DNA of 62,903 nt, filler included, from Jimgerdemannia flammicorona (Eukaryota): NCBI GenBank assembly GCA_003990765.1. It is 2 parts of 2 records of this genome, joined end to end, with 100 filler letters (N's around TTAATTAATTAA, not from the genome) between each part and the next. Parts side by side here need not be neighbours in the genome. Positions count along the whole stretch, not along the records: positions 1 to 31,409 come from RBNJ01000402.1; positions 31,510 to 62,903 come from RBNJ01000403.1. One strand, written 5' to 3'. This document shows positions 26,439 through 35,970 of the stretch, piece after piece. Made by a program: the position numbers and the translations under genes. The notes under the pieces were generated by a model. It saw only the letters and a list, made by a program, of their open reading frames with translations, was not told the origin of the DNA and made no database searches. Each line of letters starts with the position of its first letter. Position 1 is the stretch's first letter.

Positions 26439-27060
26439 ATGGTATTATATGATATAAATTACAAGTATGCTTGTAATATATACATTAATCAGAAATACAA
26501 TCAGAGGACTGCTTTACTCATCGCCGGTCCTGTGATTCAGCATGACATTAAGATTTTAATTATGTCATCACAGCCAAGCCACCAAAAAAGATTTTTCTAT
26601 TGCCAAGGTATCTTGCGACTGTCAATATCTGTAAGAGTCTTGGCAACTGCCAATACACTGTAGGGAATCGTCTGGTTGCCTTGAGGTTATAGAACAGATG
26701 AAAGCAAGTACCTGGGGAAATACACCAGTAACTGAGGTGAAAGCTAGTACTTGATGCGGAAAGTAGGTGAGTAAACCTTCTTTCAAGAAACTATCTTATG
26801 CAGGGTGAATACAGTGTAGACCACTAAACACCAAAGTAAGGCTTTATTTTTTATTTGTTTTCAATACTTTATTAAAACTCTCTTACTCTTACTTACAAAT
26901 CTTTTGACCAATTCCTTATATCAGTCTTGGTTGCTTTTTAAGCCAACTGATGAGCCCCTTGAGCAAGGGCGAAACTGGTCTAGATCATAGTTACACTAGT
27001 TACACCTCATAGCTATGTAATAACACACAACTTTGGAATAAAAATATTATATTAAAAACA
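26439..27060 (+). mobile_element. Possible Penelope-like element 3' remnant (GIY-YIG-like ORF end, T-rich UTR, hammerhead, AATAAA)
   Basis: MVLYDINYKYACNIYINQ resembles VYxIxC..C..YIGQ if G>A decay is reversed, followed by VRVLATAN..LEVIEQM. Downstream hammerhead and AATAAA follow the PLE pLTR layout. Confidence 0.4.
26921..26978 (+). ncRNA. Type III hammerhead ribozyme
   Basis: Stem III UCAGU/ACUGG, cleavage triplet GUC (C17=26926), stem I UUGGUU/AGCCAA, core CUGAUGA (26947-26953), stem II GCCCCUU-GAGC-AAGGGC, core GAAA (26971-26974). Confidence 0.85.
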
Positions 27061-27486
27061 TGGAAATATGATAAAGTGTGAAAAGGGGAACGGAAAGGTT
27101 GCATCCTGCATATGTCACATATCCTGTCCACATGGTCACTTTTGGGGAGCTGAATCTGAGCTATAGCTCACTTCTGAACCTACTTCTCCCTCCTAACATA
27201 CTGCCTAACCTAATCTCTCTGCTCTTCCCACCTCTGAGCTCTTCCCACACCTATGCCTCAACCACAGGCACAGGCTGCAAGATCTACTGACTCACCAGGG
27301 ATTGAGATACCCTACAATGGCAATAACTGGCAGGAGACACTGCAATTGCCAATCCGGACTGCACGAGAACATAATTCTGGTGGAGGGGTATGACAGGTAC
27401 CAACATACAGATACGTAGTACTAGACTGGGGTCTGTTCGGCTGCTGGAGAGATGAAGGGGTTTACCAGAATGGGCAAAGAGGTTGG

Positions 27487-28820
27487 GGCAGATGCTTGTT
27501 TTCTTTGGTAAGCATGAAAATTCATTATTTGTATACAAACAAACTCACTCTTGCATATCACCTACTGGTTTTCAATTGCTTTTGTTTTCCATTGCTTTCC
27601 TCTCAGACTCAATTTTCAGAATTGTTATAATCCATTCTTTATCTATCTCAGGCTTAGGTAGACAGTCTATAATGACATTAACATCTTAGACACTAGGATA
27701 ACACCTATGAAATTGGTCACTGGCTTCTGCCAAAACTCTTCCTTATTTGACAATTTAGTCTTCAGCAACCCCGCTCTCAACACCTCAAATACCAACACTT
27801 CAACTCCCAACACCACTTTTGACAATTCTCCTGGTACCCTCAATATGTTCACCATAGTTGGTGGTATCGGCGGCTTGATTGGCATCTCTATCAGCATTTG
27901 GTTGTTGCTATCATCTCCATCTTTCTCATCATTTGCAGACCATGGCGAAAAGACTCTATGCCAGATAACCTGCCGCCCGCTATCCACGGGAGTCAGGTTC
28001 AAATGGTGGATTCATACACCACCCACAAAGGACAGGCTCTGGCATACTGTCGGTTCAATCATTGCCATTCGATTATTATGAGTAGCTTGGTGGGGGGAGT
28101 ACACCAACTATCAAACTCAATTAGCAGGTCCGTACAGCACCCCTGCGAGTTCCCTTATGCTACCGAGCCAGGCCGGGTACGCCAATCAGCAAATCGCACC
28201 AGTGGTTCCATACAGAACTTGTCCCATTGTGCCACCGGCTCAGCCACTGCAACATGGTTCCGATGGGTACAATAATCAGCAAATACAACTAGCTGCTCCA
28301 TACAGCATCTTAGCAAGTCCCGGTTTGTCATCACTATAGTATGGTTACAGCATCGAGCCTGGTGGGTATGATAATCAGAAAATCCACCTCAGCAAGTCCC
28401 GTTATGTCGTCGCTGCAGTACATTCACGGTATTAAGCCCAGTCAGCCTGAATACAACAATAATGTCTCTCCCGTCGGTACCGGAGACCATCTGTTCAGTT
28501 TTGATCAAGTCTGTCCCAACAACAAACCTGATAATATGGCACCAAGGGGGGAGAATGGCTACTTTAACCCTGAACTCAGATCTCCGCCGCATGAGATTGA
28601 ACAGATGACAGAGCCAAGAAATGGCTACCCTATCCCTGAATACAGAGCTCCGCCACATGAGGTTGAACTGATAAAAATGGCTATTGAAATGTACCTAATG
28701 ATGAATTACGGTCTACAAATGACACAGATGAGGAATAGCTATCGTGATGTACCTAATGATGAATTATCGCCGCTGGACGAGATTGATATGGAAACTGTGA
28801 GACTCTTGACTAATTATTAG
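27487..28820 (+). pseudogene. 3' part of a kelch-repeat single-pass membrane protein gene, frameshifted
   Basis: GQMLVFFG, then an intron (GTAAGC at 27508), then YNDINILDT, a Ser/Thr/Asn linker, a TM segment (IVGGIGGLIGISISI) and a P/Q/Y-rich tail with peptide repeats split over several frames. Confidence 0.55.
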
Positions 28821-29423
28821 GGAGGCAAGTAGTTGGGGGTCGCCAATCCTTAATTTTCTACCATCTGCATCTCGCTGTGCCTTTTTTATTTATTTTGTTT
28901 ATTTGGTAAAATAAACAAATAATGGTGAAAGTTATTTTATCATGTATATAATTTTATCCTCTTCCAGTTCTAATTGTAGTAACCACTTATCACTGATCAA
29001 TCCAATCATAATACTTGACATGGGCTTACTGGTGCGAAGTCTCGGCAGCAGTCATTCGGATGTAGATATGACGGGGCCAATAGTCTATTGTAGCTCATCA
29101 GATAAAAGCGGGGGGAGGGGGGAAGAGGGGCAGATGGATGCCTCTCGAGCAAACCTCCGGGTCCACACTGTACCATACCAATCTTCTCCCACTCCTATGG
29201 TGTAAACCGAACGTGGTGACGCATCGGAAAATCAGCAATGATATAGAAAGGGAGGAAAATTAAAGTCCGGAGGACACTGATGTGATGGTCATACTTAAAG
29301 AGCATTGGTCCGAGTGTATATTTTAAAATAAAATAGACAGAATACACCCCGATTACCCCTTTTCCAACTTGGTCAAACAGAGAATATAAAATAAATAAGA
29401 TAAGATAAACGAGCATTAATGTT

Positions 29424-29466
<43 letters not shown>

Positions 29467-30048
29467 GGTCTATGATTTACACACACCTTACGCTGAACGC
29501 TCTATAATGAAAGCGTTTTAGGCTGTCCTCCCAATTGTCTTGTAATAATGCACGAAGGATTATCCTTCCGTTTCGTTTATTGATCGTTGCCTAATAGATA
29601 ACAAGCCCGTTCGCATTGAGGCATCCATACCAAGATGTTTTCTACACAAAAAATTAACAAGACATTGCACCGTCTGTGCCATTCGAGCAAAGGCGATGGG
29701 CAGGTGCAGGAGGTGCTCGAGTTCGCCCACGGCTGGAGAAGCGTGCGGAAGGAAATACAAAGAAGGAAGCGGGGACGGCGTAAGCCGAGGTTCCGTTGGA
29801 GGACTGGTGAGGGGTTAGGATGGCGCAGTGTAGCACTAGAAAATAAAGTTGCTCTTTTCGCGGCGAGTGTATTGGTGAATAGTCCATGCTTCAAGGACCA
29901 ATTTATCGTGCTTGAATTTGACCTTTCTCTATTTCGGCTCACAAACCACTATACAACTAGTTAGTTGAACCTTTGCCCAATGCAGTGATTACATACTCTT
30001 ACTGAAAAGATTTTCTAAGTCATCGGGGTCTTGCGGCGGAGTGAAATG

Positions 30049-31392
30049 AGCCTTTTTCCTTATATAGTAGGGAAACTAATCCCAAGGAACCATTGCCAAT
30101 CCAGCTGCCTCCTTCAGAACAAAGTTGGCCATCTCCACCAACCAGCCTCCAAACTCTGCCTGGAACTCCTTCCAGAATTCCCTGGGCAACCCATCCTCTC
30201 CAGGCAATGAACCAGTCTGTGTCTTCCTCAATATCTCCAATACTTCATCCAAAGACACCTCACCCATCACTGCCTCCCCTATCTCAGGTAATGCCATCAC
30301 TGGCCAATTGTTCACCACATTGTCATGAACCTCCCAAAGCACCACATCCTCAGCATACTCCTCTCCATCCTCCCAGAGAGCCTTTTATTGTCCTGAGACC
30401 TCTTCCAACATATCAGCAATCTCTGAGACCTCTACTCTATCTTTATACAACACTGAGGCCCAGCTATATCATACCCTTCTGGGCTTCAAAATACCAGATA
30501 GATATTTAGTTGGCCTCTCTTCTTCCTCCAACTGCCTAGCCTACAGCCTGGCCAGCAGGCCATCTACTCTGCCCTGTCCTCAGCTGCCTTTAAATCTGCC
30601 TGCAAATCTACCACCTCCACTGCTAACTAGTGGCATATCTCTCCAGACAAGTTCCCCTCTTCTATTAGCTTCAATCACCATTGTAGGCCCTTCTCTACCC
30701 TCCTTTCTTTGTCTTTCTGCTCCTTTCCAGCCACCTCTAGAATATCATGCTAGTAGGCATCTGCCAAATATTTAAATTTACTTCACTATTCTACTATCAA
30801 CTGCCCATCATTCTGCCATTGTACTACTTCCTGTCTCACAATAGCTACAAACTGTTCCTTCTCATTCTTCCTCCTGAGTAGAGCCATATTAAGGCACCAG
30901 CACTCTCCACTACTGTCTGCTGCTTGAAATCTACCATACACCTCTACTCTCCAATAATCTGACCAAGGATACCAACATACCTCTACAATATCCAATACAT
31001 TGCCTCAATACTTAGCTACTAGTACCCAATCAATTCATATTCCAATCAATCCTCCACTGACCAGGTGCCATCAAGTGAAAGATCCTGACTTATCTCTCTA
31101 ATGCTAATGAACACCATCTATCAGTCTCATATCACACTCTACCTGAAGCCACTGAGACAGTCCAGAGGACACTGCTACTCCTGCTCCACTATCTGACCTA
31201 TCCAGTGTCTGATTACATACCATATTGAAGTTCCCTCACCGAATGTCCAGTACAACCACCCTCCAACTCTCCCAAGCCTACCAGCTCTCAACCTATTGCT
31301 TTTACTCTCTGCCAACTGCAGGGAGATAAACCAAGCCTACTGCCAAACCATCACCTGCCCCTCCTCTTGGTCTTCCCTACACCAATCTGTCA
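30049..31392 (-). mobile_element. Family B LINE internal fragment (endonuclease to start of RT)
   Basis: Reverse complement is colinear with ~22660-23995 (NFNMV, WYPWSDYW, LPGEDGLPREFWKEF, GLVSLLYK). Confidence 0.88.
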
Positions 31393-31409
31393 CTTTTTTT
31401 TTTTTTTTT

Positions 31410-31509
31410 NNNNNNNNNNNNNNNNNNNNNNNNNNNNNNNNNNNNNNNNNNNNTTAATTAATTAANNNNNNNNNNNNNNNNNNNNNNNNNNNNNNNNNNN
31501 NNNNNNNNN
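31410..31509. other. Artificial scaffold linker (44 N + TTAATTAATTAA + 44 N)
   Basis: Exactly 100 bp with a palindromic six-frame stop 12-mer at 31454-31465. Confidence 0.95.
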
Positions 31510-31651
31510 AGAGAGAGATACTCTGGAGATCTGAGATATAGAGGTGAGATAGGCTTCTCTTAGGTGACTCATTGGTGGTAGAATTCAACATCAGTACTAA
31601 TATAAAGTATTAGCAAGATGTGAGATAGGATTTATAATCTATAGACTAATA

Positions 31652-33266
31652 CAGTGATGAGCAAAAGGATAACAATGTTTTGAAAATTTTACTTTTATAA
31701 ATAATATCTCTATAAATAATTAATATAATGAAATGTAACTTATATTTTCCAAAAGCTCTTGCTTTTCTTTATCATTGGTTAAAATATCATTTTGATACCA
31801 TTATTATTTAGCTTGCTATAAATTTTTACATTAATACTATATATTATTATTCTTTTGGTTTTTCCACTGCCATTTTTGCTATTTTAATATTTCACATAAC
31901 CTCCTTTGGCCTTGTACACAGCAGCAATGCATCTTGGCATGCTCTCAATTAGGTCAATATATTTTTCGGTCGATATGCCTTCCCATTTATGCTCTATATA
32001 TTCCCAAAGCTCTTGCATTCCTTTGGGTGATTCATCATACACATTGAGCAGTTGTTTGAGATGTCTCTAAAGATGTTCAATTGGATTAAGATCAGGAGAC
32101 TGTGCTGGCTAATCTAGCAAACAGATGGAATTGTTCTTGAACCAGTTGTGTGCCATCTTCGATGTATGTTTTGGATCATTATCTTATTGAAATATCACCT
32201 TCTTTTTGTCTATTCTAAAGAATTTAATAGATTCCTTTAATTTATCTTCAAGGATTTCTATATATAGCTCCAAATTCATACACCCATCGATTCTGCATAT
32301 ATATTCAATACTATAGTAACTCATACATCCCCAAATCATAATCGATCCACTATCAAATTTTAATGTCAGAGTTACATGATATTGCTCAAGCTGTGCCCCA
32401 GGCCTCTTCCATGCCCATTCTCATCTATCTGACCCCAAACAGTTGACTTTTGTTTTGTCCAAGAATATCACCCATTTCCAGTCATCTATGGTCCAGTCCT
32501 TGTATTTTTGTGCAAATTCATACCATGATTTGATATGGTGTAGCAACAATAACAGCTTTTTCTGCTTCATGAATGACTTCAAACCAGTACCTTTTAATGT
32601 TCAATGTACTGTGGTTGTACTCACACTGGCTTGGCCCTCTTCTTGAAGTATTTTTGTGATATTTGCAGTAATTTCAACCTTGCCACTGGACACCTGGTGG
32701 ACAATCCATGATCTATCTTGAGTAGATAACTTTGGTGGACAACTGCCTTTTGATATATTTGCATCATCACAATACTCATTTCAGATATGGCTAATCAAAG
32801 TAATGCTTATGCTGATTGCTTTGGCAATCTTTTTTGCTAACTGTCCAGAATTTAACCTATTGATGATAGTGTCATGAATCTCAATAGATAGCTTCTGCAT
32901 TTTGTATAAGAAATGAATATTGGTATGAATTTTTACACCATTTTTACACCAAGAATGACATCAAGAATGATACCAAGAATGATGCTATATATTGCAGCTG
33001 TATAAAAGGTTGAGCGGGTTATGTGAAATATTAAAATAGCAAAAATGGCAGTGGAAAAGCCAAAAGGGTAACAATATATAGTATTAATATAAAAATTTAT
33101 TGCAAGCTAAATAATAATGGTATCAAAATGATATTTTAACCAATGGTAAAGAAAAGCAAGAGCTTTTGGAAAATGTAAGTTACATTTCATTATATTAATT
33201 ATTTATAGAGATATTATTTATAAAAGTAAAATTTTCAAAACATTGTTACCCTTTTGCTCACCACTG
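31652..33266 (-). mobile_element. Tc1/mariner DNA transposon, complete, 1615 bp
   Basis: TA|CAGTG...CACTG|TA ends. TIRs of 250 bp (31652-31901 and 33017-33266) with 10 mismatches. Internal transposase. Confidence 0.97.
31884..32900 (-). pseudogene. Tc1-family DD34E transposase with in-frame stops and no frameshift
   Basis: 339 codons: MQKLSIEIH..WTIDDWKWVIFLDKTK..IMIWGCM..FQ*DNDPKHTSK..PAQSPDLNPIEHL..SMPRCIAAVYKAKGGYVKY*. Confidence 0.95.
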
Positions 33267-34317
33267 TAGTTAGCCAGTATTGGTGAGAAGTAGAATTGAG
33301 CTAAAATCTGTCCTGGAGTACTGAGTTATAGTGATGACTTTCTCTGAAGTTTTAGATAGTATAATAGTATTTTTTAAGGAGAAATATTATATTGAACTTT
33401 AGGTCTAAATATTTAGTAGAGAATGAGATCTTTAAGTATAAAGAATATTTCAGTATAAATAGAAGAGAGAAGTAGTATAAATTCTAAAACATTGGTTGAG
33501 AGAGTATGAGATACTTAATGTCTTCTGAGAGTTATCTTCAGATATGGTATCAGAAAGATGAGGGTAAAAGAAGATGTGATGACCTGAGAGTGAGGCTAAT
33601 AGAGAGTATTGATAATTAGTAACTTATAATTGAATAGATATTGGTAATATGAGTGAGGTTGGCTAGATACTGATAATATATACTTGAGAATAGGTAGTGA
33701 ATATTATTAGAAGAGAGGGTAGCAAGGTAAAAGAAGTTAATAGTGGATATTCTATCTAGTTAGTAGAGGGATGAGATTCTCAGAAGAGTTACTATAGATG
33801 ACTAGTGGAAGAAATATATGAGAGAAGTAGTGAGAGGATTGCAGTAATTTATGACTTAGTAGTATTTCAGAGAAAGAGAGTGAAAGAGTAGGTAAGTATT
33901 GAGATAAGGTAGGGAAGAGTTGAGATATAGTTACTGATATAGTATGAAAACTATATATATATTATAGATTAGTTAATAAAGGAGTCTAGCACTTAATGAG
34001 AAAAAAAAAAAAAAAAAGACTAAAGAAAAGATATGAAAATATACATACTATAACTAAAAAATTATTATAGTTGAGTTCATCTTAAGTTCCACTTTAGTCT
34101 TCTCTATATTCATATCATTACTGTTAAAAATTCTATATCTCCTTACTATAAAGATCTAATTACACATCTATCACTATATTATAATTATTATAAGAAATAT
34201 TACAACTGATCCAACTCATAGAGATATATCAACAATAGCTCTAAGTTCATATAAGATAGAAGTCAGAAGCAATAGATGCTCATCTGAATCTACAAGAAGA
34301 ACAGAGTTACCTTCCAT

Positions 34318-35110
34318 GAGAACCAAGTGGGAGGCCCCTTCATCTCTTTGTCTACTCTCTAGATCCTGGACTTTGCACATTCTTAACCTGATGAGTAATA
34401 AAATTTTTGATAAATAATGTTAATGCTCTTTTGTCTTAGGTATTCATCTACACATGGCGCTGGCTATATCAGCAACCAAGATGCTCGGAAGCTCATCCGT
34501 CTCTGCCTACAACCTGACAATCTCATCTCCCGGACTACTCAGGCTCGCTTGCATGCTCAGGCTCGCTCATGTAAGAAAGGCCTCACCAACCCGCGCTCAT
34601 ATGTGTCAGGCTCAGACCTGCATCTGACAGCGGATTCGCAACCTCATCAATGAGTGCTATTGCAGGGTATTTGCTTTTATCAATATAATATTTACCTTTC
34701 CAATACTTCCCAAAACTGATTTCGTAAATTCAAGACAGCACTTTGGCTCGTCCGTACCTTTGACATGGTCATCATCCCACCATTCAACAGTGGCCAGATG
34801 GCCCAGAGGCGACACCGCAAGATCAACAAGACAGTGGGCAAATGATGACATGGGCACACGGAAGATTTCGCGAGAGGCTGATTTCGAAAGCAGAAGAGTT
34901 CGGGGAAAAGATCAAATTGGTTGATGAGGCATATACGAGTAAAACATGCAGTCGCTGTGGGTGGATGCACCAGATGCTGGGAGGGCGGAAGGTTTTCAGG
35001 TGTGGAGGGATGTGAATGGCGCTCGGGGGATCTCCCTTTGGGCTTTGCTGGAAAGAATTAGGCAGTTGGCTAGTAATGGCCAACAGTGTCTATCTAAGCC
35101 ATCCGAGTGA
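34318..35110 (+). pseudogene. Intron-containing Fanzor (IS607 TnpB/Fanzor2-like RNA-guided endonuclease), C-terminal RuvC half
   Basis: ENQ..SLDPGLCTFLT[intron 34391-34439]WYSSTHG..RKLIRLC..QRIRNLINECYCR[intron 34667-34734]TALWLVRTFDMVIIPPF..MMTWAHGRFRERLISKAEEFG..VDEAYTSKTCSRCGW..LGGRKVFRCG..RDVNGARGI. Contains frameshifts, one stop and a small zinc-finger deletion. Confidence 0.88.
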
Positions 35111-35135
35111 TGTAGACTTCATATGAAATGTCGAG
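35020..35135 (+). ncRNA. Putative Fanzor omega-RNA scaffold / element right end
   Basis: Overlaps the ORF 3' end. Hairpin GUUGGCUA-GUAA-UGGCCAAC (35065-35084), stem GUCUA/UAGAC (35088-35117), palindrome TTCATATGAA (35118-35127), then ATGTCG. Confidence 0.5.
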
Positions 35136-35970
35136 GCGATTAAAAAGTGACTTAGGAGTATTATAAAACTAATAACCAAGCCCCTTCATTTGTTTTTAGC
35201 ATAGAGAAAGAAAAAAAATGTAAAAGAGAGAATCTCCAGAAAATTGGCTCGCTTTCAGGATGCTTAGTACCAAAGACCTATGATCGCAGTCAAAGGGTTT
35301 CACCATTGTCGCGAGTTTTTGGAGAGTGTGATACATACCATACATTTGCGAATTGCATAATCTCACGCCCTTAAATTGCATTTCGTTTTTCATTGTGCCA
35401 GATAGGCTGGCTCCACCAATGCTAGTAAATGCTGCAATCCCAAAGAGGTAATCGACTTATCGGAGTCATGAATGCCAACCGATAAGCGTATTGTTCTGTT
35501 ATGTGTCTCAGTTTTGAAACTATGCAGCTATGTAATACCGGCGGATTATAGAGAATTGAACCTCGTTAGTTCAGGTGGTTTATTTGTAAATCGGAGAAGA
35601 TAGAAGGTAGAAAGCAGAGAAAGATATAGCTCTCTTGCGAGAACTATTTGTTTAGCCTCGGTACAGAGAATCGTGGAGTCTCCTATATCTTCCTCTGTGT
35701 AAAAGAAATTATTGAAGAGACATTATGATACAAAATAGTAATAGAGCGGCAATACTAGCCAGCTAGTAAAAGACTACAAAAGACATGTAGCCAAGCTCAA
35801 GAATGACAAAATATGTTCAAGAAACGAGTGTAAATTTCGCACCAATATAGACAAGAGAAAAGGGAAAATACGAAAGCAAAAACAAGCCAAACTAACTCAA
35901 TACTATGTATGAAAGTTTCTATTGTTCAGTCAATTCAGCTATTTACCGACGTATCTAAGACATTCGTACT

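Larger units (their letters stand above)
31510..34017 (+). mobile_element. Extremely decayed LINE 3' fragment hosting the Tc1 insertion
   Basis: Resembles the ORF2 C-terminus (..PKTLVERVxDT..). Ends AATAAA..AGTC.. + poly(A) at ~34001-34017 and continues across the Tc1. Confidence 0.65.

Noticed and set aside
26947..26990. Minimal type I (PLE-style) hammerhead using GAAACTGGTC
   Set aside because: The sequence after that GTC (TAGATC) cannot form stem I with AGCCAA, whereas the type III fold pairs fully.
29560..29964. Overlapping short ORFs in a CpG-rich island
   Set aside because: No recognisable domain or consistent splice structure.
34018..34317. Fanzor N-terminus or IS607 serine recombinase upstream of RuvC-I
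   Set aside because: AT-rich and decayed, with no motif recognisable by eye in the plus-strand reading.
31652..35135. Fanzor as cargo of the neighbouring Tc1 element
   Set aside because: The Tc1 is closed by both TIRs and a TA TSD at 33266. The Fanzor lies >1 kb outside, beyond a LINE poly(A).
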